Below, piece after piece: positions 12,655 through 27,030 of a stretch of 64,000 nucleotides of DNA; the stretch's first letter is position 1; every line of letters begins with the position of its first letter. The stretch is from assembly GCA_002633005.1 (NCBI GenBank), contig NMRA01000102.1:945356-1009355 (forward strand). Direction: 5' to 3'. Below the pieces are notes generated by a model. It did not search any database. It had not been told where the DNA came from and saw only the letters and a program-made list of their open reading frames with translations. The stretch is from Phoronis australis (lineage: Eukaryota > Animalia > Phoronida). The position numbers and the translations under genes are program-made.

Positions 12655-14424
12655 CCTTTGTTTCAATTGCATATATCTCATTATTGTATATCTTAATGTA
12701 TTTGGAAATAAAATGTTAATAAGGAAAAAAAATAAGTTACCATTTGAAAATGTGCCAGTGGATTGTTCGTGTGTGAAGAGAAACTATATCTGACTGCTAC
12801 ACCAGCCAGCCTCATGAGTGAGGATGCCCTTTCATTATCAATGAGTCATGTGTGGACAATGGCTTGCTTCCTTTCCTGGAAGAAACATGAAGTACTGAAG
12901 CTAAACAAAACCTATTGACACTCTGGTCTAGTTCAGGGTCAAATTTGGGCACATTGCGAGTCAAGTGATATGATGTTGTGGTTACCTTCAATGTTATAAT
13001 TCTGAACTTTATTGAGGCTGAATGAGGTTACATGAATGAAAGCCACGTGACGAAACCCTTTTTACAAGCGCTTCTATACATGTACATTTGAAACTCTATC
13101 CTAGTGAAATGAAATCCAAAAGCATCTGTCATAAATACCTGTCGTTTCTCACCGAGGGACATTAACTTTTCCTTTCAGAAGGAAGGCTTTATACTAAGGG
13201 TAAAAACTTTTCAACTTGGTACACATTATGCGGAAATGGCATTCAGGGACTGTATCGATTGTCTCATTGTCTATAACAAAAGTTCCACTTGCAAGCAAAG
13301 TATGTTTTCAATCGTAGCTAGCTGTATAAGAACATGCTATCCAAAAGATTTGAGAATAAACAATAATCAGTGCATTTAAAAGCAAAATGGCAAACTGAAC
13401 AACCACATACATACAAGGGAACAACAATATTTGTTAACAAGAATTGTAATTTTCTCACTGCAAGGGCTGACTTTCTGAATTGAGAGGTTCAATTCCCTCA
13501 GGTTAGTGCTGAAGGACTCCTTTTCACTTTGTGGAAATGTAAAATACACGGTAAAGCGGCTGGTTCCCCTGAGTTGTTTTCTCTCACCTATAACAGAATA
13601 GTCAGTGAAATATTAGCAAATTATAAAAGAAAACGCAAGACAAAACTACTTTTGTAAGGCAGATCTTACTTGACATGTCATCTTCATGTTTATATGTAAA
13701 TGTACATGTACATGTACATGTAGAAACTAATAATCTTTGTACCCAAGCCTTATTTATGATCTGAAAGTTAAAATATGTGAAACATAATAAAAGTGATTTG
13801 AGAATGTTTATATTTTATGACACCTGAAATATGTTTTTGATCTCAAAAAAGAATTCAATCTAGGTGTCAGTATTTATTCCAATGCAATGTTACGAATTTA
13901 CCGTCAGTATAGCCTATTTATGCACCGCAAGTAGAGACAGTGGAGCACTGACTAAATCGTCAAAGCCGTATTGTTGTAAATACCTTATGCGTATGCAGGG
14001 ACACCTTAGGAGTCACTCGATGTGTTTAATACCTTCCAACTCGTACAAATGCTCCCGTTATGAAAGTTTTTCTTCGCTCAGTCCTTCGTATAGTTGCCTA
14101 AATCCGTGAACTGGTCATTTTTATGCTGCACGCACTCATATTTTTACCGCGCCTTTAATCTTCCTATACAACTGTAGGAGCTTCATTGTTGCTATCAATG
14201 AATGAAAGTTGTTATCAATGTCCAATCCTATTTTTAAATTCTGTAACTATGTAATTTCTGCAAATGCTTAATAAAACATATTTCCCATCTGCAGCAGTAA
14301 AATTGATCAGTGAATGAAAATTTTACAGCCGTAAGTCTACTCACTTGAACTCAGATAATTCTAGGTGGCACATTAGTCATACTAGTAAAAATTGAAAGTC
14401 TTTGCTATTTACATGTAATTTCAG

Positions 14425-15200
14425 ATGGTGAGCTGTAATATTCCACCGAAAAAGGCAAGGTCAAAGTCATCCATGTTATGTGGAAACCGATATACCCTGA
14501 CTCTCACGCATACAATGTTAAAAAACGCTGCATTAAGGCAGGGGTGCTTGGATTGTTTGAACTCGTTGACATTCAATTCAACATTGATTTGCTGGACACC
14601 AGGCCTGTGTTTATCTGCAACTCATGCATTTTGTTTTATTCAAAACTCACTCAGCTGCAGAAATCAGCAAGAATGGAGGTCAGCAATCTCATTGCTCAGT
14701 CTGAAGATAGACAGAAACCCACTAATTGATTCGCCATCTGCTTCGAAGAAGAAAGTAACAGGAGGAAAGAGATAGTTAGATTTTGAGTCCGAATAAGTGG
14801 ACCATGGGTATTCAGTATTCGAGAATTATCAACAACCCAACCCTTTCCTCTCGAACAAGACTAAGGATACAACTGAGCAAATTGATCGGAAACTGTTTCT
14901 TAAAATCAGTACATGTTTGGGTGACCTTTGCAAGACGTCAGACAAAAGTGTGCTTAGACTTACCATGAGGGACCTGGATGACAAGCTGCTTCTTTGGAAA
15001 ATTGTGAAAGAAGTGGAAAATTTTCCACGTGGTCTACCACTTCTGTTACTATGTGTTATTCATGACATATTGGTTTTACTAAGAACGGCTTCACATTAGC
15101 CATAATGTATGGGATAGCTATGTTTGCCAGAAACCCTCTACTCTGTGCTGTACAAATGCTATTGACTGCTGCGTACATTCGTCGTCATGCTTGCAATGGT
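14425..15200 (+). pseudogene. Decayed coding fragment with a C..C/CxxC zinc-binding-like N-terminal part, possibly DNA-transposon derived
   Basis: Overlapping frameshifted ORFs giving LCGNRY...LDTRPVFICNSC and MYGIAMFARNPLLCAVQMLLTA; tttcag acceptor-like site at ~14425; family not confidently assignable. Confidence 0.3.
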
Positions 15201-16166
15201 TTAAGCTTGAGCATTTCTTCATTGGAAGAGATGGATCACATTTATAGCTTGCAATTGTTCTTAAGTTATGATTTTAAGCAAAAGTTGATGATAACAAGTA
15301 TTTGCTGTCTAATTTCAGAACACAGAAATCATTGCTGATTTTTTTTTCATCCTGAAATTTGAGGCATGATGATTTTTAGATTTTCGTACTTTTCAAATTT
15401 CGAACGCTTTGTTTTAGCATAACAGGTTGCAAGAATATTCTTGTAAGTTCATAAAAGTGACTCTCATGTCAAACATTTAAAAAATTATTACCAGTCCCCT
15501 TGGATTTCTGACAGACAATTGTGTGAGTTTCTAAAAATTGGGTTAAGCTCCGACTTTGATCATAATAATTATCCACTTTCCCTGACTGGAGAATTTTTGC
15601 GTAATTAATTTTTGAAATTTAGTGTGTAGTTGAAGTGTAAAACTGATTGATACTGTAACTGTTCTTATTTATAAGAGGATCTGGTTTAAGAAAAGAGGTT
15701 GTGAAAGTGATGGCAACTTATTGTTTAATTTTTGATCTTAAGTGATTGTGTGGTACTTTTCACCAGCTTTACTTTAGATCGGTAAAAATATCAGTGGCGA
15801 CATGAAAAGTGACATCATATACAATGTACCAATAGTCCATTTCAGGTAATGACTATGAAGCAGTTGATAATAGTGGCAGTACCCCTGTGGTTAAAGAGCC
15901 ATGACATAAATGCTTTTGATTTAAAAATCTTGAGGGACTCTCTGGTATGTAAGCTACGAGTGTTTTTCTCAAATAAAATGTGTTTGTACGTGTTGTCAAA
16001 ATCAGTTGCATACTGAGTTAGCCGCTGAATGATCTCATTGCTGAATATGCTTAAGGGGGTTTCGATCAAAGAGTGATATTTTTATTCTAAATGTGAAGTG
16101 ACATACGTAAAAAACCAGTCGCCAACCGATGAGAGCGACGTCTTTCGTGAAAATGAGACAGCCAAA

Positions 16167-16480
16167 ATGCCGCACGGTTGCTGCGTAGTGGGATGTACTC
16201 ATTATCGTCTAGCGCGTTTTGGGTATGCCTTCATGTGGCTTTCCGAACATGACAGGATCCGCCGTACTTACCCGTCCACCCAACGTACAAAGCTGAAGAG
16301 AATTACCGAGTACTGTACGTGGCAAGCATTCTCTGTCGTAGGATTACGAATTAGAAACGCACCCAAAAGTGAAGGTTCCTGGAAAACAACGCCTGAAGAA
16401 CGGTGCCATAACGTCGCTGTTGATTCCCGGTAGTGCGAAGTGCATTTTTGAAGCGAGAACCCTCGCGACCCGGTGCCTCA
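16167..16480 (+). pseudogene. Decayed THAP zinc-finger ORF (DNA-transposon derived)
   Basis: MPHGCCVVGC N-terminus, degenerate V.G.H motif, and C-terminal RLKNGAITSLLIP (AVP box); homologous to 40701-40839 + 45206-45310. Confidence 0.7.
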
Positions 16481-16980
16481 ACAGTGACTGCAGGCTCTAC
16501 ACCAACTGTCACCCGGCGTGGCTCCAAACCTACTCTCAGAGCAGGCCTGTGGCTAGCAATGCGCGGGGTGGTTTGAATTTCTAGTACGGCCGCACTTAGA
16601 TATTTTACAAACGTAGGTACTGTAGGGTTTTTGGTAAGGCCCTTGACGCAGCTTAACTATGGGGGAAGGGAAATCTACATACACAGCGACGACTTTCAGC
16701 TCTATCCCAAGAACAGCAGGAATTCACAATACCACAAAATAGTGAGGATGTCCTTACGGTTTCTCACAAAGAATGAGACCTAAATTCGGATGTAATGTGG
16801 TCCATATAGAGAGTGTTCCCGCGTTAACCCCTGCCAAACTTTCAAACCGGGCGTGCTTAGATGAGTGATTACACCTCATTACATACTCGGACGGAAATAT
16901 TTAGTTGGAACATGATCTACTTGAATTTTTGATCTGGTTGTATTTTGCGTGTTACTTAACTTGCTTGGAAATGGGAAAAG

Positions 16981-17845
16981 CCCAGTATTCCAAAAGTTCA
17001 CTACTTTGAAGGTTCACTATTCCAAAGTTCACTACTCCTAAAAGATCTGAAGTTTCGGACTTAGGTATATCAGATATCCACTTTTACCTGAAAAAATAAA
17101 CGACACTTAGGTTATCAGATGCACTAGGTGGTTTACCTATGCTCAAACAACGCCCGGATTTCATGCCCTTTGGAAATTGCCCCGTGTCTTTCGAAACCAG
17201 AGAATGAGTACGCACTTGAATTTTTAAAAGATTATGAATTAGGAATATTTATGAATTTTGAACCACGATACATTCATCAAATCCAAGATCGCATCATTTC
17301 ACACCGTGACTGAGCTAGTTTAGTGCCGCTAGTCCTCAAACTCATCCATCGAAACCACGCACATGGCCGGGTCGAAACTAAATGTAGTTAGTAGGATACT
17401 CTGTCCCTGCCAGTCTTCACGAAGTCGAAGAGTCCCATTCAGTGTTCTTAAATTTAAAACCACCGCTATTGGTCGCTGAACGCCTGACCCGATGTTGTCC
17501 CTGCTTGAGACTGAATGAGTCGTTAGTTAGCAAGATTGAAGATTCACGATTGGCAGTGATTGGAACTGAGCTCATTTGTAAACAATGTAATCAATGTTTC
17601 AAGAACTATTGCACTTTTGTACATCCTTTAAATAGTAACTAAATGGGCACAAATACAATACTTTTCTCATGTCAGCCCCGACTCCTTAGCAGACAATCAG
17701 AGTAATGAACTGTTGGAGTTCTGGTTACGGAATTGTGGACATTCAAAGTAGTGTTGTGAACTATCGAAGGTAACGAACTTTCGCAGTAACTTCGGAGTAG
17801 TGGACTTTCGGAGTGGTGAGCCTTCGGAATAGTGACATGTAACCT
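16981..17845. mobile_element. MITE-like element with inverted arrays of ~16-bp subterminal repeats
   Basis: ttcactactttgaagg/ttcactattccaaag repeats at 16981-17045 are mirrored by cttcggagtagtggac/ttcggaatagtgac at 17745-17845. Confidence 0.6.
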
Positions 17846-19019
17846 TGGTACTGATCTTTTCCATCAATTTTTGCTCCTGTGACGCCTGCGAGACTGTGAG
17901 TCATTGGCACTTATTGACAAGAGAAGACTTTCTTCATTGACAAAATTTTTTATCGTAATTTGTTGCGTTAAACAGCTCGTTAAATGTCACAAGTAAACAA
18001 GTTATTGAGCGACTGGGACGCGTTTGCATGTGAAGTGCTCATGACATGAACGACATTTACGAACGAGATAACAGTTAGCGAAGTGTCGTGTGAAAGCTTC
18101 GCAGGTCACATCGATAAACCGACAAACACTGCATCACATGTCTAGGCCATCTCTTGCAAAATCCAAGTGCTTGCTGTACGATGATTGCTTTCTCATGGTT
18201 CCAGTTACTGAGAAAAGTCATTAAGATATCTCGAGCAACCCATCCTTAGTGTTTATTTTCGCAAACACTTGTGTAGAGATTTTATGCAAACATGTTACTT
18301 GCGACGGGGCTTATCAACATAAAGGGACGATTTCGCAGTGTAGTGCTTTTGCATATATACATGTATTTAGCAGTGCATATACATGTAGGTCTCACGCTCA
18401 GTGTGCGATATTTTCTCACATTCTAAAACTCACATTGCTGAGAACTGGTGTTTACGAAGCTTGACCAAGCCATCTTCCGCTGTGCTTATACTTTTGTTTC
18501 TACTCTACACGTTGTTGTGCATTGAACTTTCAAATATATTAAAAGTTTGTCGGAAACTTAGAGCCAATCCAACCGGATATAAACAATTGAAATATTCACT
18601 AAACAGTTGTGCAGCAGTGTGTCGTATTAGCTTCAATGGATTCATTAGTTTTTTGTCTATTTTCCTGTTCTAGCTTCTCTGAACAGCAAATAATGATAGA
18701 GATATTTACCCCGCGTTGACCAAACCACCGGAAAAAAACGATGGAAACTGTGCTGATACGTAGATCTTGAGGTATGACCTACATGGCAAAAGTTACCAAC
18801 GATGGAAAGTTGATTAACGCTGCAAGCAGGCGATTGTGTCAGTAAAAACACATAGGCCTACTTCTTTGAATACATGGAACAAGTACATTAAAAAGGTTTG
18901 AAGGTTGTTTTGAGACAATTATAAGTTCAAATTATTGTAATCCATAATTAGGCGCATGGATGTATATGGAGATCACTTTGCTTTGTCACAAGATTTTTTA
19001 CTCAAATGTCCCGCGTATA

Positions 19020-19345
19020 GGCGCATGAGCCTAAGTTTAGCAATTAGGTGGAGGCAGTGCTCTGTTTATAGGCGCACCTAGTATCATTTTAAAAACTACA
19101 GTTATACTAAACGCATTTTATTTTGCACAGCGTGTGGCGTTATTGACACTCTAGATGAGTACAGGACCAGTTAAATTCTAAAAATTCGCGTCTTGGCGCA
19201 TGGGCCTAAGTTCAGCATTCAGGCACAGGCAGTGCTCCGGTTATAGGCGCACCTACAGTCATTTAAAAATACACTAAATGCGTTTCATTTCACACAGCGT
19301 GTGGCGTTAATGGAGACTGGGTGAGTACAGGGACAGTTAAATTCT
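19020..19345 (+). repeat. Tandem duplication, ~175 bp x 2
   Basis: ggcgcatg.gcctaagtt.agca...aggcagtgctc...tataggcgcaccta...cacagcgtgtggcgtta...tgagtacagg..cagttaaattct occurs twice. Confidence 0.85.
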
Positions 19346-20273
19346 TTACATACAATTTTAAAACCCATTATAAGGTTTATTTTCAAGAAAAGAATTACAT
19401 ATGAAATAGTACTCGGTTCATTTCCCCATCTAAAAACTTACTTAACTGCCACAACATCTAACTGTAATCGAGTCTTGATTGTTCAACCTGACTGTCTACC
19501 ACCGTGGCATTGGCTTTCATGTCTAATCCGAATCTAACGAGTCTTATTCGCTGTCTGCGTTCGAAGACGTGATCGAGGTGGATTTGGAGTTCCAGTCCAA
19601 GTCGATCATTTCATTGAGGTTATACGGCTGCCTTGTCCAGAGCAGATCGGACAGTGGAACCACTTCGCACTAAACAAATGATCGTTTAATAGCATTCTCG
19701 TCCAAGTGCACCTACATGTATATCTGGGGCACCATAATCAACAGCGTTTCTACTTAACTGTCCTTCATATTGGGCATGCGCCTGAATTCCGAAATTAGAT
19801 GCGTTATGCAGTTAGGCACATGCGCCTGGGGGGCTTCACAAAAACTCTTGATATTTTAGTCAGGTATAAATAACGAATCCGGCGAAAAACGTCTTCCCTA
19901 AAAATATTACAATCCCTCAGAAAACTAATGATGAAGTCCCGGGGTATGAAAATAAACCACTTATTTACCTTACCGACACAATTTTGAAATAGCGCCTTAA
20001 ACGCTAAAATGAAGCCTATTCGCTTAAGCAGCGCGTCAGTCCCTATGCCAACCCTCCGTGGTGTAGCACAACAGGTTCAGGCTGCAGACACATGCGAATG
20101 GGCATAACTAAGGAAATTTACTGTACGAACAGACTGGTCTGATACGCCAGAAAATGTAACAATTTCGTAAAATGTTACATTTTAGGTCATTTTTTACATT
20201 TCACGTTGCTGGGTCTCATAAAAATGTATCAAGCTGTTACATTTTATGTCACTGTTAAAATTTACTTCGAATG

Positions 20274-20768
20274 TGTCAGAATATAGACTGGCACTGTTTT
20301 TAGTTGTATTGTTTTATTGTCCTGTTTGATTGGCATGACCTCTGAGTTAGGTACAATGATGGTGTCATTTGTTTACTACAGAATAGTTTGGAAGTTTCTA
20401 GAAGACTCTAGCATGATAGTGATTAATGTAGTCTTGAATATTCTAGAGACTAGTATACATGTATGGTTGTAGAATGATTGGGTAGATTCCGGATATTTAT
20501 GGCATGTGCTTGAATAGGTGAAATGTTCTAGAACATTGCGTTATTCTATAAATACACAAACACGGGTTTGTATTAGTCAGTTAATGAGAAGAAAAGCAGT
20601 TAAGCACCTCAGCAGTCTGAGTAAGCAGAAAGTAAAGCAGTCAACAGTTAAACAGTTGAGAGAATTACAGTTGATTTGCAGTAAAGAGAATCAGCAGTTA
20701 CAGCGATAGTCAATAGAGAACCAGCTATAGAGACAGCACAGCATGTTATTGAATCAACGAGTGTGACA
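20274..20768 (+). mobile_element. Possible solo LTR
   Basis: TGTCA...TGACA termini, internal TATAAATA (~20547) and low-complexity CAG-rich segment; no clean TSD found. Confidence 0.4.
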
Positions 20769-21689
20769 GTTGCTGAACTTGTCTCAGAAGTTCATAACAA
20801 GTCAAGGCTTCTCAGCACTGGCTGGAGCACAGAAATGACATTACGTCGGACGTTTTGTTTGAGTAGGCTTGTGGACGTACGGTCGAGATTAATGAACACA
20901 AGTATTACCTAGCTCGCATATAAGGCAATTTGATGCATTAACCCTTTTAAAACATTACATTAAAAGCTCATATTAAACATCGCTGAGTTCAACATTGGCC
21001 GTTTTTGCTCCAGTACAATCCACTTTCAATGAAACGAAGTTAAAATCACTCTGTTAAGTCACTGTGTTTTTCTAGGAATAGTGGCCCACATTCTACATAA
21101 AATCGTTGCGTGTTTTGTATGGCCGTTACCAGCTATTCCAATGATCCGGTAACCACAGCCATCTAGTCCTTAGTTCTCAAAAATGTCTTCCTCCAGGGTT
21201 CAAGTTAACGCAATTTTTCAACTTACGCATCATCGTGGAACGATCCCCAGTTCTTTGAAAAGGAATGTTCTCAAAAAGAGATAAAATGATTACACGGCGG
21301 GTATCCTCATGTTTAGATGTAAGTCGCAAGTAAAATATTGCAGTCTGAATTGATTTCTTCAAGGTAAACTACAGATCGATACAGTTACTGTATATTAAGA
21401 AGCAGAAATTCGTGGTAGCAAACGCAAGCATCAGTCGTTTCCATTAACACGCAGTTATCCCCCATAACAGCTCATTCAAACGGTTTTCGGAACTTTCCAT
21501 ATGTTCCGTTGTCTGTTCACGGCGCCTCTCCAGTATTTCTTGATCAGTGTATTCCAGCCTAAAAATGCTTAGAGTGTATATCAAACTAAAACAAACTCTT
21601 TCTCATTTGATACAACTTGTGATGCCTTTGGAGTGTTCGTGAGTGCAACTATTTTGAGAATCCAGTACTGAATAAAGCACAGGAAACAC

Positions 21690-22930
21690 TCGAAGTCATG
21701 ATGGGTAAGCACTATCCTGATAGTGTAAACCTGTCGAACCAATGTTCATAAGTGACTGACTCTGGGGAGTGTGAACCATTAGCTTATGCTGATGTTGAAA
21801 ACATAGCCACACCACATCTCGTGGAGTTAGCTCTCTAAAGTCTTTCAAACCATGGAAGTCCACAGTACTAGACATGCTATATCCTATAATGTTTCAAGAA
21901 GCTGGGATACCACTATTCCAAATACTCACAGCAACTTACAAAGCCAGTCTTAGATTAGATTATATCCCCAAGGCTTGGACTGAAGCTAGGGTAGTCTTCA
22001 TTCCTAAACCAGGGAAAAACTCATACCATTTGGCTAAATCAATTAGGCCTTTAACCTTAACATCCTTTCTTCTCAAAGGACTGAAAAGGCTCATTCTGAG
22101 GCATCTTGATAAACAAGTAATACAGAACAAACTTCAGAACAATCAGTATGCTTATAGGCCTGGCTTCTCCACGGAGACTGGATAGGGCTGTTTTTAATTA
22201 ACAATATGCCCTCTCCGCCTTCATTGATCTTGTTGGTGCTTTCAGCAATATTAAGCATGGTGCAATCCTAATTGCACTGAACCACTTTAAATTGAATAGG
22301 TGTCTTACCAGTTAGGTCATCAACGTGCTTGGAAGTCAATCTGTGACTGCTTGTCTAGACAATGTGAGAGAGCGGTTCGCATCACCAGAGGAAAACCTCA
22401 GGGTGGCGCTCCCTCAACCACCCTCTTTAACATGGTTATAGATAGTTTGCTTCGGCAATTATCTACTGACATGGGTCCAAGCTTGTATGTTCAAACCTAT
22501 ACAGATGATATTGTTCTCAGTGTGTCTAGCATCGATCCTGACACATGTCGCTATCTTGCTCAAAGAGCACTGAGTACAACAGCCACATGGGCTAAGTCAG
22601 TTGGCTTAGAAATTAGTGGTAGCAAAACAAAGGTGATTATGTTCACTTGGAAGCTTAAATGGTCAATGCGGCCTTTCACGCTGAATGGCAAACATCTTGA
22701 TCTTGTAGACAAGGCGATTTACTTAGGTGTCACTTTACACCATCGTCTTTCCTGAACCCCGCATAGTACAGAAAAAATCTCAAAAGCCAAATCTGCATTG
22801 GCGAGATGCAGTCGTACGTTGGGTAAAACTTGGGGAATGTCTCCCAAGAATATGTTCTGGATTTATACAGCTGTTATCGGACCTATAATGTCCAATGCTG
22901 CGTCGATATGGGAAACAGCATTAAAACATA
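21690..22930 (+). pseudogene. Decayed non-LTR retrotransposon reverse transcriptase (R1/LOA-like)
   Basis: IPKAWTEARVVFIPKPGK...RPLTLTSFLLK, GKPQGG, YTDD, YLGVTL and GKTWGMSPK..WIYTAVI motifs with stops and frameshifts. Confidence 0.85.
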
Positions 22931-22937
22931 TTTTAAG

Positions 22938-25520
22938 TAGAAAGAATATTGTCACGGCGTGACAATAATGGATTCTGGGAAGTTACTGACAGCAACCAGT
23001 TTACCAATATGACAAGGAATTTTTTAAAATTGTAGGAGAAATTACATGTTAATATTTTGATGACCTTTCCACTAATTGATTTCTTCCGGTGCATTATGAA
23101 CCCCGATCAGGGAATAATTGTAAACTCTATTTAAAGTGTGGTTAATGCTAAGAATCACAGATGTTATACTTTATGCACTTCAGAATAGAATATGAATGAA
23201 TTGGTCAAACTTTCAGAAGAAAAATGGACCTGATGACCCCATGGGTGCACCAAATGACCAGAAAGTTTAGAATTCAAGCTCAATCGCATTTAGTAAACAG
23301 ATACATAATATTAAAGTCTCTAGCTAAAAAATTAGTTTGCACTGAATGACCTTTGACCTATTTTTTTCTGATTGGATACGCCTATTGCGTAGTAAAGTAT
23401 TGTGTTCAATGGGCATGTTGACTTAAACCAGTGTGCTGAAATTGAAAAGAATTCATAAAAAACGTAAGACATAATATTTTAAGCATTAGGTGACCTTTGC
23501 ACTAATTGACCCTATCCGGTGGATTATAAGCGTCTTTAGGAGAATTTTTGCAAAGCCCATGGAAAATGTGTTTAATGCTGAGAATCACAGTTGTCTAACA
23601 GTTGACACATCAGAATACTTTATGAACGAAGAGGTCAAATTTTCAGAAGAAAAATGCACCTAATGTAATTTTTAAATTGCCTTATTGACTTATACCTGTG
23701 AAAAGAATAGCTTTTAAAACAAAGAAGGAGTAGCATTTTGAAAATGATATGACCTTTGCACCAAATGACCTCTTCCGGGCAATATGGAAAACGATTATAT
23801 AACGAATCAAAATTTATGTACTGTCAAAGCGGATATGCTGAATTTAAAGAACGTAGCTGCACCCATATTGGAGTTATTAAGCCTCAAAGTTGGTCGGAAG
23901 AAGAATAAGAAGAACTAGAAAGATTATTGTCACGGCGTGGCAATAACAGACTCTGCACGTGCATATTACTGGAGTTATTATGGGAAGTTACGACAGCAAC
24001 CCGTTTGGCAATATGAAAAGGAATTCTTTAAAATTGTAGGAGAAAGTACATATTAATTTTTTGATGACCTTTCCACTAATTGACCCCTTCCGTTGCATTA
24101 TGAGACCCGATGAGGGAGTAGTTGTTAACTCGATTAAAAGTGTGGTTAATGCTAATAATCACAGATGTTTTACTTTAAGCACTTCAGAATACAAGATGAA
24201 TGAAGTGGTCAAATTTTCAGAAGAAATATGCACCTAAAGACCCCATGGGTGCACCAAGTGACCTGAAACTCAATCGCACTTAGTAAACAGATATGTAATT
24301 CTGAAGTCTCTAGCTCAAAATTTTAGTTTACACTCGAAGACCTTTGACCTATTTTTTCTGATTGGTTAGGCCTATTGCGAAGTAAAAATAAGATATTCAA
24401 TTGGCATGTTGACTTACACCAGTGTGCTGAAATTGAAAAGAATTACTTGAAAAACTTAAGAGACATTTTGAACGTTACATGACCTTTGCAATTATTCACC
24501 CTATGCGGTGCATTATACATGTAAGCGTCTTTAGGAGAAATATTGCAAAGCCCATGGAAAATGTGTTTAACGCTGAGAATCACAGTTGTTTAACGGTTGA
24601 CACATCACGATACTTGCTCATTGAAAAGGTCAAATTTTCAGAAGAAAAAGGCACTTAATGACCCCATGTTTGCACTAAATGACCTGACTCTTTGGATTCA
24701 TATTTGATTTACCTGTGGCAATCAGACCTGTCAATTTCGATTGGCATGGTGACTTACACCAGTGTGCTGAACTTGAAAATAATTCCTTGAAAAATGGATG
24801 GGATATAACATTTTGAACGTTAGCTGACCTTTGCGCTAATTGACCCTATCCGGTTTTTTATAAGCATCTTGAGGAGAATTATCGCAAAGCCTGTGAAAAG
24901 TTTGTTTAATGCTGAGAATCACAGGTGTCTAACGGTTGACACATCAGAATTCTTGGTGAACGAAAACGACGAATTTTCAGACGAAAAATGCACCTAATGA
25001 CCCCATGGTTGCACTAAATGACCTGAAACATTGTATTTCGAATTGAATTAGACGTACCAATCAGACTTGTGAATTTGAAGTGTCTAGCTCAAAATTTTAG
25101 TTTGCACTCAATGGCCTTTGACCTATTTTCTCTGATTGGGGGACCCTATTGCTTAGTAAAATATTGTATTTCATTGGCATGTAGGTTTACACCTATGTGC
25201 TAGAATTGAAGAGTATTCCTTGAAAAATATAGGAAAAATAACATTTTCAATAGTATGTGACCTTTGCAATTATTGACCCTATCTACTGCATTACAAGCCC
25301 TTTTAGTAGAACTAACTGTAAAGTCAGTGAAAAGTATATTCATTGCTGAGAATCAGAGTTGTCTAATGGTTGACCCATCAGAATACTTAGTGAATGAAAA
25401 GGACACCTTTTCTGAAGAAAAATGCACCTAATGACCCCATGGTTGCACTAAATGACCTGAAACTTTGGATTTCGAATTGAGTTACCTGTGCCAATCAGAC
25501 TTGTGAATTTGAATAATCTA
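22938..25520 (+). repeat. Complex tandem repeat array rich in TGACCTTTG(A/C); possibly non-autonomous Helitron/Helentron-type element(s)
   Basis: Two heads agaaaga.tattgtcacggcgtg.caataa (~22940, ~23917) and repeated sub-units tgacctttgcactaattgaccc...aatgctgagaatcacag...ttttcagaagaaaaatgcacctaatgaccccatgg. Confidence 0.75.
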
Positions 25521-26275
25521 TATCAAACGAGACACAAGTCCATTGAAAAACCAGGAACTACCAAATTCGGTGAATGCACAATTCTTACATGTAGCTCCGA
25601 ACGTACCCCGTGAAAAATTGCAAAAGCTCCACATTCTCAAAAATTTGAGCCCACCTCTTTTTAGGCTGGGTGCTCGCATTCTCTTCAAGGATTCAAACAA
25701 TTGAGCTAATTTCTCTCTCCTGGATTCACTGGACCTTCTCGTCATTTTTCCACCAACTCTCCGATTTTGTAATTATTGCAGATATATTTTTGCCTTGTCC
25801 AAATCTTGGTCGTTCCACAAATAAATGGACTAGTGTGATAGATATCATATATGTTGAAAATTCAAATAAAAGAAACCTTTTTGCATAAAGTAAGTCAAAA
25901 TAATGATACAAAGAGATGAAAAAGAGGAAGCTCTAATTAAATAAGAGGAAATCAAAACCGAAAAATAGAAAATCCTCTTAAAGGAATAAAATTCCAAGCC
26001 CTGCCATTGGAATGCCGCACGCTGAACTATGAGCATACAACATTGCTCAAGGGTTCATGTTAAACCATTAAGAAGGGAAATTTACATCTTTAAGTGAGTA
26101 TTTATCAAATTTATTGTACAATACAACAATGTTGTAACACAAAGGAATTAAACGAACAATCTGCAAACTCTCTAAGGAGTCACATACGTCGTTAAAGCCT
26201 GGAAAATAAATCTGAAACTAAATAAGGCGATCCGGATCCTTCCAAGGATACTATTGTTTCACGAAATGTAGAAAA

Positions 26276-26492
26276 TAAATAGGTAAATAAAACAACAAGA
26301 ATGGATCAACTGAAATTTTCGGATGTAATAACGTCCTTTGTCAACAGAAACAGAAATAAAGTAAAATCAAACGCAAACGTCAATTGTCATATAGTGTTTG
26401 ATTTTACTTTATTTCTGTTTCTGTTGACAAAGGACGTTATTACATCCGAATATTTCTGTTGATCCATTCTTGTTGTTTTATTTACCTGTTTA
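26276..26492. repeat. Long near-perfect inverted repeat (~97-bp arms, 23-nt spacer); foldback/MITE-like
   Basis: 26276-26372 is the reverse complement of 26396-26492 with only a few mismatches. Confidence 0.92.
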
Positions 26493-27030
26493 TATCGTAA
26501 AACCAAGGATTTAAAATTTATCGTGCAGCAACATCAGAAATAAAATCCCTCTAAACTAACGCGCGGTCAATTCTGACAGGGGTTGAACTCCGATCAAAAG
26601 ATTTTACTCCACCTTCGTGAACGCAACAAAATCAAGATCGTCCGCAATTTAACGAGTCTGGTTTCAACAACACACATTTGAAAGAAGCACTGACATCACA
26701 TTGCAGTAAACAATATGCGATACAAGACACAGAATATAATACATATTTTTCTCATCTACATGTGCACATCTTTACGAGTTTCCATAATAGTTAGAAAAAA
26801 ATAAAAACAAAACTAGAATACCAACTACCTAAGCTTGAAGAATCTTTAACTAGGCACCATATATATGAGCGTCTCGTTAATAGAGACTGATATAATTTGA
26901 GTCACATCGGATCGTCGTTGTTATACGATTTGTTTTTTTTTATTCTGCTCGCAACCAAACAGAGACTACTTAACTCCAGAGAAAATTCATTGCCGAACGC
27001 AATCCCATTCTGCGACATGAAAGCACGATG

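Noticed and set aside
12217-12793. ORFs with HT/CV repeats
   Set aside because: Artefacts of the N gap and the (TG)n microsatellite.
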